From Eledone cirrhosa (Eukaryota), in assembly GCA_964016885.1 (NCBI GenBank), contig OZ024748.1, positions 44,826,001 to 44,890,000 of the forward strand: DNA of 64,000 bases, in the 5' to 3' direction. Positions 12,003-26,360 of this stretch are shown here, piece after piece. Under the pieces are notes generated by a model. It saw nothing but the letters and a program-made list of their open reading frames with translations, was not told the origin of the DNA and did not search any database. Each line of letters begins with the position of its first letter. The first letter of the stretch is position 1. Position numbers and translations under genes: made by a program.

Positions 12003-14402
12003 CTTTTTGTTGTGACACCTACACAACCACTTTACAGCGTGGACTGGACGCTGTTTTGTGACACCTACATGACCACTTTACAGTATGGACTGGGTGCTGT
12101 TTTGTTGTGACACCTACATGACCACTTTACAGTGTGGACTGGGTGCTTTTTGTTGTGACACCTACATGACCACTTTACAGTGTGGACTGGGTGCTTTTTG
12201 TTGTGACACCTACATGACCACTTTACAGTGTGGACTGGGTGCTTTTTGTTGTGACACCTACATGACCACTTTACTGTATGGACTGGGTGCTGTTTTGTTG
12301 TGACACCTACATGACCACTTTACAGTGTGGACTGGGTGTCTTTTGTTGTGTGTTCTACACAACCTATTTACAGCGTGGACTGGGTGCTTTTTTGTTGACA
12401 CCTACATGACCACTTTACAGTGTGGACTGGATGCTTTTTTTGTGACACCTACATGACTACTTTACAGTGTGGACTAGATGCTTTTTGTTGTGACACCTAC
12501 ATGACCACTTTACAGTGTGGACTGGGTGTCTTTTGTTGTGTGTTCTACACAACCTCTTTACAGCGTGGACTGGGTGCTTTTTTGTTGACACCTACATGAC
12601 CACTTTACAGTGTGGACTGGGTGCTTTTTGTTGTGACACCTACATGACCACTTTACTGTATGGACTGGGTGCTTTTCTGTTGTGACACCTACATGACCAC
12701 TTTACAGTGTGGACTGGGTGCTTTTCTGTTGTGACACCTACATGACCACTTTACAGTGTGGACTGGGTGCTTTTTGTTGTGTTTTCTACACAACCTCTTT
12801 ACAGTGTGGACTGGGTGCTTTTTCGTTGACACCTACATGACCACTTTACAGTGTGGACTGGGTGCCTTTTGTTGTGTTTTCTACACAACCTCTTTACAGT
12901 GTGGACTGGGTGCTTTTTTGTTGACACCTACATGACCACTTTACAATGTGGACTGGGTGCTTTTTGTTGTGACACCTACATGACCACTTTACTGTATGGA
13001 CTGGGTGCTTTTCTGTTGTGACACCTACATGACCACTTTACAGTGTGGACTGGGTGCCTTTTGTTGTGTTTTCTACACAACCTCTTTACAGTGTGGACTG
13101 GGTGCTTTTTTGTTGACACCTACATGACCACTTTACAGTGTGGACTGGGTGCTTTTCTGTTGTGACACCTACATGACCACTTTACAGTGTGGACTGGGTG
13201 CCTTTGTTGTGTTTTCTACACAACCTCTTTACAGTGTGGACTGGGTGCTTTTTCGTTGACACCTACATGACCACTTTACAGTATGGACTGGGTGCTTTTT
13301 TTTGGGACACCTACATGACCACTTTACAGTGTGGACTGGGTGCCTTTTGTTGTGCTTTCTACACAACCTCTTTACATCGTTGACTGGGTGCTTTTTTGTT
13401 GACACCTACACAACCTCTTTACAGTGAGGACTGGGTGCTTTTTTGTTGACACCTACATGATCACTTCACAGTGTGGACTAGATGCTTTTTGTTGTGACAC
13501 CTACATGACCACTTTACAGTGTGGACTGGGTGCCTTTTGTTGTGTCTTCTACACAACCTCTTTACATCGTTGACTGGGTGCTTTTTTGTTGACACCTACA
13601 CAACCTCTTTACAGTGTGGACTGGGTGCTTTTTTTGTTGAAACCTACATGACCACTTTACAGTGTGGACTGGGTGCTTTTTGTTGTCACCTACACAACCT
13701 CTTTACAGCATGGACTGGGTGCTTTTTTGTTGTGACACCTACACAACCACTTTACAGCGTGAACCGGGTGCTTTTTTGTTGTGACACCTACATGACCACT
13801 TTACAGTGTGGACTGGGTGCCTTTTGTTGTGTCTTCTACACAACCTCTTTATAGCGTGGACTGGGTGCTTTTTTGTTGACACCTACATGACCACTTTACA
13901 GTGTGGACTGGGTGCTTTTTGTTGTCACCTACACAACCTTTTTAAAGCATGGACTGGGTGCTTTTTAGTTGTGACACCTACACAACCACTTTACAGCGTG
14001 GACTGGGTGCTTTTTTGTTGTGACACCTACATGACCACTTTTCAGTGTGGACTGGGTGCCTTTTGTTGTGTCTTCTACACAACCTCTTTACAGCGTGGAC
14101 TGAGTGCTTTTTTGTTGACACCTACATGACCACTTTACAGTGTGGACTGGGTGCTTTTTGTTGTGACACCTACATGACCACTTTACAGTGTGGACTGGGT
14201 GCTTTTTTGTTGACACCTACACAACCTCTTTACAGTGTGGACTGGGTGCTTTTTCGTTGACACCTACATGATCATTTTACAGTGTGGACTGGGTGCTTTT
14301 TTGTTGTCACCTACACAACCTCTTTACAGCATGGACTGGGTGCTTTTTTGTTGTGACACCTACATGACCACTTTACAGTGTGGACTGGGTGCCTTTTGTT
14401 GT
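12003..14402. repeat. ~48-bp minisatellite GACTGGGTGCTTTTTGTTGTGACACCTACATGACCACTTTACAGTGTG (about 50 units)
   Basis: 16-aa periodicity in translation; the unit is homologous to the short repeat in RTE 3' UTRs at 25130-25230 and 32640-32740. Confidence 0.93.
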
Positions 14403-14534
14403 TTCACTGGAATACAATAAGATTGATCTCACTGGAGCTTTGAATAATCTAACATTTGTTTTTATGGTTATGTTAGATTTCCCTATCTTATCTAACCAGA
14501 TCACAACAGACCAGGTTGTAAACATCAGTTGTTA

Positions 14535-14750
14535 GCTGCCGGGACACTGCATCCTTTAAAAACTCCATGCTTCCTGAAATTCGCCAACACTACACCTGAT
14601 ATTCCCCCTTCATTCACTTGCACACATGCATATCATGACTCATACACTGTTAACTTTCCTGATATTTGTACATTATTCTATGTACTATACATGCACCTTT
14701 GATGAGTTGTAGTGCACCTGAGCATTGTACACAATAATTTCATTATTATT
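14535..14750 (+). mobile_element. Probable LINE 3' end (CR1/L2-type) with an (ATT)n tail
   Basis: Ends in ...GTGCACCTGAGCATTGTACACAATAATTTCATTATTATT; no coding proof. Confidence 0.35.
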
Positions 14751-14984
14751 AATATTAGACAAGTTGATTTATGAAAAAATCCTCTACTTTTTTGAGTGCA
14801 GCTTGATAAATGATTTGATGTCTGTTGTTTGATCTGAGTTGATGGATATTTATTGGGTTTTGCTGACATTTAGGATGAGTCCCATAGCTTGAGTAGATAT
14901 TTCTAGTTTGTATAAGAAATCGTCAGCCCTATTTAGTGAATCTGCACAAAAGACAATGTCATTAGCAAATTCCATATCTGCTAG

Positions 14985-15225
14985 GTGTTCTGATGATGCC
15001 ATATGTTTCTACACTTTGTCATTTCCTCTGTGAGCTTCAGCAATCTGAGATTAACTCTCACCACCTCCGCCCATGTTTTCCATGGTTTTTCTCTACTGCA
15101 TCTTCCTTCCACTGGGATTACTTGGCACTTCTTCACCCAGCAGTCATCATCCATACACATCACATGGCCATACCAATGCAGCCTTCTCTCCTGCACACTA
15201 CAGTTTTTTCCTCTTATACACAGTT
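14985..15225 (-). mobile_element. RTE LINE 3' coding fragment
   Basis: [22 protein letters not shown] closely matches the C-terminus of the 42.6-kb RTE. Confidence 0.85.
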
Positions 15226-15270
15226 ACATATATCTAATACAATGAACATTATAAGTTTAACCCTTTAGCA

Positions 15271-16280
15271 TTTACATTACACTATATATATACTATTGTA
15301 TTTTCACAGTAAAGGCTTTACCTCACAAAATATCTCACATAACGTTTACATTACTCTATATATACTATTATATTTTCACAGTAAAGGCTTTACCTCACAA
15401 AATATCTCACATAACATTTACATTACTCTATATATACTATTGTATTTTCACAGTAAAGGTTTTACCTCACAAAATATCTCACATAACATTTACATTACTC
15501 TATATATACTATTATATTTTCACAGTAAAGGCTTTACCTCACATAATATCTCACATAACATTTACATTACTCTATATATACTATTATATTTTCACAGTAA
15601 AGGCTTTACCTTACATAATATCTTACATAACATTACATTACTCTATATATACTATTATATTTTCACAGTAAAGGCTTTACCTCACATAATATCTCACATA
15701 ACATTTACATTACTCAAAATATACTATTATATTTTCACAGTAAAGGCTTTACCTCACATAATATCTCACATAACATTTACATTACTCTATATATACTATT
15801 ATATTTTCACAGTAAAGGCTTTACCTCACATAATATCTCGCATAACATTTACATTACTCTATATATACTATTGTATTTTCGCAGTAAAGGTTTTACCTCA
15901 CATAATATCTCACATAACATTACATTACTCTATATATACTATTGTATTTTCACAGTAAAGTCTTTACCTTACATAATATCTCACATAATATTTACATTAC
16001 TCTATATATACTATTGTATTTTTACAGTAAAGTCTTTACCTTACATAATATCTCACATAATATTTACATTACTCTATATATACTATTGTATTTTCACAGT
16101 AAAGTCTTTACCTCACATAATATCTCACATAACATTACATTACTCTCTATATATACTATTGTATTTTCACAGTAAAGTCTTTACCTTACATAATATCTCA
16201 CATAATATTTACATTACTCCATATATACTATTGTATTTTCACAGTAAAGGTTTTACCTCACATAATATCTCACATAACAT
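15271..16280. repeat. 72-bp satellite, left block
   Basis: Unit TTTACATTACTCTATATATACTATTGTATTTTCACAGTAAAGGCTTTACCTCACATAATATCTCACATAACA; 24-aa periodicity. Confidence 0.93.
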
Positions 16281-19200
16281 CTCGTATACGAGAGACGTGT
16301 GTTGACGTGTGTGAACAAGCTCGGCTACCGAGTTGGATTTACTTACTCAAAAGTGAGTTTTGATTTATTGTTTTTGTACTGTAATATACGTTAACCCCTT
16401 GCCTGGGTCGTCAGACTTTGAGTTTATTTATTTTAGCCCCTTTTTGGGGCGAATTTTACATTTAAAAATTTATTACGGCAAACTGATAGAAATGGACGGA
16501 ATTTTCACATCTCATCCTAACGAGAAAGCCACGCCCCCTAAGAAAGGTGATACAGAGAAGCTAGAAGCACAATGCTCTAAGTCTTCCCTCCTCACTTCTG
16601 CAAAAGAAACATGGAACACGGAATTAAAAGAAAAAATTATAAAAATGGGTGAAAACCCAGAAAGTCACATAAACGCAGACAAAAACAACAATGACAATAA
16701 CAGCACGACCAACAACAGCAATAGTCACAACACCAACCAAGAAAAAAATGAAAAAAATAACGATAACACCAAACAAAGCGAACCCACTACTGGTGCTTCC
16801 TTTGCACAGGCGGTCCGAAAAACACAGACCTGCAAGCAACTGGACATTACAACTCTGAGAGAAAAGATGAAGGAAGCAAAACAGTATGTAACTTTCAAAG
16901 AAGGAGGAGACTTCACAATCACCTCCCCACAAGAAATCAAAAGAGACACGACACTAAAAACGATATCTTTCAGAACAATTTCCAACATAACAAGGAAACC
17001 AGCTCAATTATCCCAAAAAGAATTCGAGCTGGTCCTAGAAAATGTGTGGAGTGATATATCGTTCATACAAAAAGGGCCACTCTATGGGAATATAACGGTG
17101 CTAATGAAGGATCATTTGACGGCCAGGAAATACTCTGTGTCGCCAATTGTTTCCAAGCTACACACATTTTTGGGGAAAAGAACTAAAAAAATAAGAGTCT
17201 CCGGAATCCGGCCAAATGCATGCATTTCCTGGGTACTAACAGGATTTTTAGAAGACGAGGACGGAATCCTCTCAGTAGGAGAAGTCACCACAGACGTTTT
17301 CGGCGGTTTGAGCGTGGAGGTTCTGGTCCAAATGAGACCAGAACGAATAGCTAGAATACCACAGAGGGTGTCCTTCGATGGAGAAACATTTATATACATT
17401 TCAGCCGAGGGTAGGAGGCCCATATGATACTACTGTTCAAGCAGGGGTCATCTAAGGGCTGTCTGTCCTCAATTGACAAAAAAAGGCTTTTTTGCCTACA
17501 CCCCACACACCACCACCGCCACCACCACCACCACCACCACCACCACCACCACCACCACCAACACAACAACAACAAAAACAACACGGAAAAATAACACAAG
17601 ACACGGTCCCACCCAAAACAACCCCCAAAACACACACAAACACAACAAAACCCCAAAATATACCACTACCCGACAGCACGGACGAGGACCCAGCTGAAAC
17701 GGCACCTAGTGACGAAGAGGGGGAACCATTCCAACCTGTAAAAAGGAAAAAAAAGAAAACACCACACGAACATAAACGAAACAAACACACAACCACCAAC
17801 AAAAACAAAACAAACGGAAGAAACAAAATCCACCCCACCCCAAAACATAACACATACAACAAAACGCAAGCACACACAAGAACAACAAACAAACACAACA
17901 CAAATAAAACAGTATACATACATTAACACAAATAACAAAGAACTAGTAAAAACAATACACAAAGACCCTTCGGTGGAAACTGAAGGGCAATTCTTTGCAA
18001 GCGCGGCCAACAAACCGCATTTAAAAATGATAAGACTCCCAATGGACACCTATGCAAAACTAAGAGAGAACTTTCCTGAGGACGTGGGGAAAACATGTAC
18101 TCGACCCTATAACCGCGTCCTCTTGAAACGTTTCCCCACCCACACCTCACCAAACACCCCCACCCCACCACAGAACAACACCCCACCAAACAACCCCTCC
18201 AATACGCCCATGGATATTGTGCAACCTGCTCCTCAGGTGCCGAACAGGTAGGTCCTTCCTCTTTTAACCAACATGGCTGATATAAGAGTTGGGTGTCTGA
18301 ATGTACGCGGCCTGGGACTGTCTTGGAAACAAGGCAAACTTTTAAACGATCTCAGGTCGCATAGAATGGATGTAATGGCTATTTGCGAGTCCAGGATCAG
18401 CAGCGAGCGCCAACTGGCGCCCCTCTTCGACAACTTTGAGATCTTCGCATCTCTCTGTCAACCGAGGGGTGGGGGTGGAGTTGTCGTACTGCTGCGAAAA
18501 CACCTGGGCCTCGCCATACAGAAGGTGCACCTGGACCCGGAGGGTCGACTGGTGGTTTTAGATATCGGCAGTAGTTAAAGTGGAGCCCTTAGACTAATTG
18601 CTTTGGGCAGCGCGGCCGGACTACTTCCAACGTCTGGAAACTTTTCTGGGAACGTTCCGCTCCTTGCTTTTAGTGGGGGACTGGAATGGTATCCTGGATG
18701 CACGTTGGGACTATGTAGGGGCATGTGCCAATAGAGGGGGGTGTAAAAGCCTCAAAAGGTTAATCGGCCGATTTGACCTGGCCGATAGATATCGACTAGA
18801 TTTTCCGACTGTACCACTATGGACATGGACCAATCGCAGCGGAACATCTAGGTCGTACCTAGATAGGGTCCTAGTTAGAGATAAGGATAGGGACACATTT
18901 AGCTGTCCAAAAATGTTCATGGTTGACTATTCGGATCACAAGTTAGTGACCTGCATAGTCAACCTTGATAGAACCCATAGACAGGGACCCGGTTACTGGA
19001 AGCTGAACTTGTCCTTACCGACAAGCAAAGCTTACAGTAAACGGATTAGCACGTTAGTTAAGCAGTGTTTGACAGGGGCAATTGTCAACAACAGGTGGTG
19101 GAGCTCTCTTAAGAGAGCAATTAGAATAGAATCGATAGGTTTTAGTCAGGAATTAGCAAGTGATAGGAACAAGACGGAGAGGGAATTAGTAGATAGAGTA

Positions 19201-20940
19201 GAAGAGGCGATTAGGAGTGGCAATGTAGCCAGCGTGCTGGCATCAAGAATGGCCTTAGACCAGTTCTTTGATGTGAAGCACGAGGGCTGCGTTGTCAGGA
19301 GTAAAATACGTGCTCTGGGTAATGAGGGAGCCAAAGCTGTTAGCTGGGCCCGAGTGACAGAGGCAAAAAGTGGGAACAAGTCCACGATTCGGTCTTTGAA
19401 GGACCAGGATGGGCGTGTGATCCTTGAACCTGGGCAGATGTGTGCGGCCTTTCAGTGGCACTTTGCACGACTGTTCGAGAGGGGCGGCGCGCCGGGTGAG
19501 ACTATGGATTTCAATCCATACCTCGACGGTCTGCCGCGCCTCTCGGACGCGGAGGCGAAGTCACGCGAAAGGCCGATTTCAGCTGCTGAGATAGGGGCGG
19601 CGCTGAGCCAATGCGGCAAACGCAAATCCCCGGGTCTCGATGGTCTACCATACGAGCTATATGTAGCATCCGTCATCTACTACCGCTTGACCGTCGTGCC
19701 TTGCCCAGTGAAAAGATTCGCCAAAATGGAGTGCGCGCTGTTCCAATTTCTTTGGAACAAGCGGACCCCTTTGGTGAGGAGATCCATCTGCTGTCAACAC
19801 CCTTCGAAAGGAGGGCTGGGGATGCCGTGGCTACAGATGCGTAAACACGCATTAAGGCTACGGCACCTCCAGGTATTCCTCACCGGTCAATCGGTGTGGG
19901 CCCCGTTTGTGAGGCGAGCCTTTCCCAGACTCGTCTCGCTCACCGAGCTGCAATCCTGGGTCAAGCAAAGACCGAGAAAAGTGGGCGACTGGCACATTGA
20001 ATGTGACCAGGCGCTCACGACCCTCTGGAAAGCGGACCCGGCAATCAGTGGAGACTCCACCTCGACATTCTATAGAGGGTTGGTACGCAGCAGGTGCGAC
20101 GATGCTCTCGGAGAAGCTCTAGGCATGGAGGAAGATGAACTGGCCAGTCTGTTCGGTAGGACGTTTGGCCCTGGAGCGATGGACAACTTCCAAAAGTCCC
20201 TGGCTTGGCAGTGCTACCGAGGGGCTCTACCCGTTCGAGACAAGCTCCACAGGCATGGGAGCCTGGGTAGGGATCCTTTGAATAAGATCTGTCCGAGATG
20301 CGTGCATGACGACGAAACCGTTGCGCACGCATTCGTACACTGCCCAGGCATTGCTGACCTGTGGGGCTATGTGGAACGACTACTGTCGAGGGTGGGACCA
20401 ATCCGGTTGACCACCGAGTCCATTGTCACGATCAAACCGCCTCCCCCTTTCAAAAACGAAGGAGAGGCGGTTTTTCTCTGTGTGATAGCCATGGCTAAAG
20501 AAGTTGTATGGTGGACGAGGCTGAAAGGGCTGAGGTCAGACACCTTTCTCTCCGGCCAACAACTGGTCCCCTTTTTCAAATACCATTTTAAAAGAAGGAT
20601 CAGAATGGAGAGAGAGGTGCTCTACCCCAGCAAGTTTTATGAAAGGTGGGTGAAAGTAGGGAGAATGGCCAGAGTGAATGGGTCTTCTCTCTATATCATC
20701 CTGTAGGTGAAAGAAGAGGAAAAAGAGGAGACGAGGGAAGCACCTACTCTTTGTGCTCCTGAGGAGAAGGGTTGCACATTTTTCCGGGGTGTGTGCGACC
20801 CATGTTAATGCCCCCTCCCTATTGAGGACTTCGTTTGTTGTTGTTATTTCATTGTTATATTTTTGTACTCGTTAATTATATGTAAACTTCCCCCCTTGTA
20901 TCTGTCCCTACCTTTTGTGCCCTGGTGGCAAATAAAGAAA
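16281..20940 (+). mobile_element. Tx1/L1-clade LINE with disrupted ORF1 and an ORF2 lacking the RT core
   Basis: ORF1 16492-18251 (CCHC knuckle with first Cys mutated to TGA, frameshifts); ORF2 18273-20706 has APE motifs (CLNVRG, GDWN, YLDR, SDH), GLPYELY fused directly to VASVIYYRL, and a C-terminal CPRC..H..C; ends AATAAAGAAA. Confidence 0.9.
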
Positions 20941-21652
20941 TTACTCTATATATACTATTGTATTTTCACAGGAAAGTCTTTACCTTACATAATATCTCAC
21001 AAAACATTTACATTACTCTATATATACTATTGTATTTTCACAGTAAAGGTTTTACCTCACATAATATCTCACATAACATTACATTACTCGATATATACTA
21101 TTGTATTTTCACAGTAAAGGTTTTACCTCACATAATATCTCACATAACATTACATTACTCGATATATACTATTGTATTTTCACAGTAAAGGCTTTACCTT
21201 ACATAATATCTCACATAATATTTACATTACTCTATATATACTACTGTATTTTCACAGTAAAGTCTTTACCTTACATAATATCTCTCATAATATTTACATT
21301 ACTCTATATATACTATTGTATTTTCACAGTAAAGTCTTTACCTTACATAATATCTCACATAACATTTACATTACTCTATATATACTATTGTATTTTCACA
21401 GTAAAGGTTTTACCTTACATAATATCTCACATAATATTTACATTACTCGATATATACTATTGTATTTTCACAGTAAAGTCTTTACCTTACATAATATCTC
21501 ACATAACATTTACATTACTCTATATATACTATTGTATTTTCACAGTAAAGTCTTTACCTCACATAATATCTCACATAACATTTACATTACTCTATATATA
21601 CTATTGTATTTTCACAGTAAAGTCTTTACCTCACATAATATCTCACATAATA
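20941..21652. repeat. 72-bp satellite, right block
   Basis: Same unit as 15271-16280. Confidence 0.93.
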
Positions 21653-22374
21653 TCGAATCTATGAGATTTTGATATTATTTATTTTGAGAATACTATAACA
21701 TAAATATGAGCAGCCAGTTGTGGCCAGTTTGAACAGACAAAGGTGAGAGAATTCTGACTGGATGTTGCCAGTTTAAATACTAAAGGGTTAAAGTGAGATT
21801 AAACTATCAAGATGGAGCCACACATGTGACAGCCATTCCTCCCATCCTCCTCCCCTCCTTCTTATCCTCCTCCCTCTCCCATATACCTCGAGATGGAGCT
21901 GAACATGTGACAGCCATTCCTCACTTCCTCCAGGAAGAGGGACTGTCCTTTTTACTATTGGTTTTCTTTTTGTTGTCTTTGTCCCGTGTGCGCCAATGTT
22001 TTGTGTATATATATATATATATATGTATGTATGCGTGTATATATATATATATATATATCATCGTCATCATGATCATCATCATTTTACGTCCGCTTTTCGT
22101 AAAATGATGATGATGATGATATATATATGTATATATGACTTGGCAAGCTATTTAGAACACTGGTTTAACCGCTTTACTTCCATCCGAAGAAGAGATATTA
22201 TCTCGAAAATTAAGGACATTTAAATAAATCTAAGGTAAAAGACTAATTGTCAACAATATCTTTTGCATTTGCATTCTTTATTCTATGTCCATACCTGCAT
22301 TGTTTTGGCTTTATTATACATATACAAACGTTTATACCTCATTACACATTGCTTCAAGTGAACTATAACTTCCT

Positions 22375-22413
<39 letters not shown>

Positions 22414-22508
22414 CAGAAGGGATATTTAATTTGTTGGTAATTCAACAAATATAAATGTTTATAACTGATTCAGAGCACTCGACAGATTTCTGAAAACACA
22501 CTTTATAT

Positions 22509-22560
22509 TTTATCTGATGAAAGCGTACCAAAGTTTTTGGTACCCTTGAAATATATATAA
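22509..22560 (+). ncRNA. Hammerhead-like motif (one extra nucleotide before the core)
   Basis: TTA-T-CTGATGA-AAGcGTACCAAA gtt TTTGGTACcCTT-GAAATATATA-TAA. Confidence 0.5.
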
Positions 22561-23187
22561 TAGAATAAATATGGTTTTATAAATATAGTTTCCATTTATT
22601 TAATATCATTGAATTATATATATGTATCTATATACAGGCCTTGTGCCTAAATCCGAAATAATTATTACCCTTCACCTTACATCTCTTTATGTTCAGAGGT
22701 CAGATTTGCCATTCGTCCTTACAAGGTCAACAAAATACAATACCAGTTATACACTGGATCGATGTAATCGGCTCCCCACCTCCACCATAAAAAAACCAAC
22801 AAAAAACTACGACAACAAAATCCTCCCAAAACTTGGCCTTGAGTTAAAATCAGAAATAATTAATTATTTTAGTTTCAATAATGGATTGTAATTATAATTT
22901 TCTCATTAGCTGTTGTACTTCCTTATTTGTTGAAGTCTCGGTTTCCAGAGTTAGTGCAGAGTCAGCTACTAACGATAATAAGTGTTCCAATAATTAGAAT
23001 AAATATAAATATCTAGATTTCAAGTGTTTGTTGTATCAGTAAGTTTCTCATTAGATCTTTATGGATATTTTCCTTTTCACTTATATTTCAAGTTGTAAGT
23101 TATGCTAACATCCAGCAGAAAACACTAATGGCAGTTAAAGTGCAATATTTATTTTTTATATATTTCAAATGATGATCTGTTTGTGTA

Positions 23188-23235
<48 letters not shown>

Positions 23236-23268
23236 CATATACATACATATATATACACATATACATAC

Positions 23269-23299
<31 letters not shown>

Positions 23300-23588
23300 A
23301 ATGAAAAGTATAGAAATTGTTGTAGCGAGAAGCTAACAGTATTCCATAACATATATGCGACTATATCGTCAAAATGGGAAAATAGTTAACATAAGATATG
23401 GGAAAAATAATTCAGACTCAATTCAAAAGGAATCAGGATATAGATTTATCCAACAGATTTTAGAGAAATCCAGGGAAAAATCAATAGAGCGTTAACTCAT
23501 GATAAAACAAAGTCTAAAGTACTCAACCTTCAATTTGGGACAACTTCAAATGCTCTGTATAGTCTTGAAAAGACTATTTCACGTATAC

Positions 23589-23633
<45 letters not shown>

Positions 23634-23700
23634 CATACATATATATATACATATAAAATTGAACCATCAGCACAGTTGAGATATGTCAGACATCAATTTA

Positions 23701-23760
23701 TTTTATCTGATGAGGACGTACTGATGAAATAGCTCAGTACCTCTGAAATATGTATAATAA
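23701..23760 (+). ncRNA. Hammerhead-like motif
   Basis: TTA-T-CTGATGA-GGAcGTACTGA..TCAGTACcTCT-GAAATATGTA-TAA. Confidence 0.5.
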
Positions 23761-23812
23761 AATATATTTTATCACATGAATGTCTATATTTAGTAATATT
23801 TTGAAGTAATAT

Positions 23813-24048
<236 letters not shown>

Positions 24049-24058
24049 ATACATATAC

Positions 24059-24177
<119 letters not shown>

Positions 24178-24464
24178 AGGCACATATATATATATATATA
24201 TCATCATCATCAACATTTAATGTTTATCTTCCACGCTAGCATGGCTTTAGACGGGAATTGTCCTACTTGAAGCAAGATTGGTCAGGTGACCATGTCTCGC
24301 TCATATAGGGCTGTCTGGCAGATTTTCTACGGCTGGATGCCCTTCGTAACACCAACTACGTTTACAGTGTGGAATTGGAAGGTTTTTACTGTGTTACCTA
24401 CACGGCCACATTACAGCGAGGACTATATATATATATATATATATACACATATATATATGTATAC

Positions 24465-24495
<31 letters not shown>

Positions 24496-24962
24496 CATAT
24501 ATATATATATATCACTTCTCTCATTTATGTCAAATTGTTTACTAATGGGTAGAACTGGTGGTTCAAGTTGGTAAGTAACGAAGCAACTAATTAATTAAAG
24601 CACTAAACGTTATGTAAATCATTCATCATAGATGTGATATCCAGTGGTTGGTGCAGGAACGTATTCATTAAAACAACAACAGAAAGCCTGACTGGAAAAT
24701 TTATTTTACAATTTTAATTACACAAAAACACTATACGTATTTCGATGGTTTGGATTGGCCAAGTTGTTAGAGCATCTAGCACCTTGCATTGTGGCATATA
24801 GTCATGGTTCTTTTATATTCTGAGTTCAAATCCCACCGAGGTCAGCTTTGCCTTTCATCATTAAGTGGTTGAAGTACCAGTAATGCTTTGGGGTCGATTT
24901 GATTGACTTTCTCTTCTCCACATTATGTAGAAACTATATATATATATATGTATATATATATA

Positions 24963-26215
24963 TCATCATCATCATCACCATTTTACGTCCGTTCTTCCAC
25001 GCTAGCATGGGTTAGACGGATTGTCCTGTTGTGGGCAGTGTCCGGTCGGCTGACCTTGTCTTGCTCATACGGGAACTGATTCTGGCTTGATTTCTACAGC
25101 TGGATGCCCTTCCTAATACCAACCTCATTTACAGTGAGTGCTGGGTGCTTTTTTCCCGTGGCGCCTACACGTCCACTTTACAGTGTGGGCTGGGTGCTTT
25201 TTTGCCGTGGCATCTCCACGAACACTTAGCAGTGGGAGAGTGTGGGGGCGTATTGTCTATATGCTTCAGCTTCGGCTTGTACCCGTGGGGAGTCGGGTCT
25301 TCTGTATTACTACGCGACGCTAGAGGTCACGGTCGCGTGTCATCGCCTTTGAGAGGTGTAATTGGGCAAGGTCGGCTTTTATCACCTCATCCCAGGTCTT
25401 CTTTGGTCTCCCCATTCCGCGGTTTCCATCGACTTCTAGTCCTCTGCACCTTTTTATGCAGCTGTCATCCTTTATATGCATCACATGTCCATACCAACGC
25501 AACCACCTCTCCTGCACACAGCATTTGATTCCTCTTATGTTCAGTCTCTCTCTCAATTCATTTATGCTTTGTCGTTCGCATATATTACTATTACACATCC
25601 ATCGGAGCATGCAGGCTTCATTTCTTTCTAATCTACGCAAGTCTTCCACAGTCAGCGCCCAGGCCTCACTACCATGTAACATTGCTGTTCGTATACACGC
25701 ATCATACAGTCTGCCTTTCATTTTGAGGGAGAAGCCTTTTGCAGCTAGCAGTGGCAGTAGCTCCCTGAACTTCTTCCACCCCGTTCTTACCCTAGTTATT
25801 GTACTTTCTGAACACCCACCTCCACTGCTAATTCGGTCACCTAGGTAGCAGAAGCTGTCTACTGTTTCTACAGAGCCCTCCCAGAGATTGGTGGTACTTG
25901 TTTCCTGTGGCTGTTTGCTGCTTACTGTCCCAGCACAGCTGCTACATGTGAAGCCTACATTCTTAGTTAAGCTTCCTGAGATCCCTCTACATCTCCTGTG
26001 TACCCATTGTTTGTATTTGGGGTAGAGAATGGAGTTCTTACCTACACCTTTCCTACATACTGAGGAAGGCCATTTCCCTGAGGCGATCTGGGTTCTGTTT
26101 TCTCGTCTACTTACAAGGATCTTAGTCTTTGTCAGGTTGACTTTGAAAGCCTTTCTTTCTAGTCCCTCCTTCCAAGTTTGGAATTTCTTCTCTCATTCTA
26201 CCATAGATTCAGCTA
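24963..26215 (-). mobile_element. 5'-truncated RTE LINE (family A)
   Basis: [18 protein letters not shown]...RWYGHV; near-identical to 31665-32899; (GAT)n tail. Confidence 0.92.
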
Positions 26216-26223
26216 TATATACA

Positions 26224-26263
<40 letters not shown>

Positions 26264-26323
26264 ATGTGTGTAAATATATATATATATATCACCTGACTTT
26301 CTGTCTATATGTATGATTGTGTA

Positions 26324-26354
<31 letters not shown>

Positions 26355-26360
26355 GTATAT

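Larger units (their letters stand above)
15261..21787. mobile_element. piggyBac-type MITE (TTAA TSD, CCCTTTAG TIRs) swollen by a satellite and a nested LINE
   Basis: TTAA-CCCTTTAGCATTTA at 15257-15274 and TAAATACTAAAGGG-TTAA at 21774-21791 are inverted with one mismatch. Confidence 0.7.
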
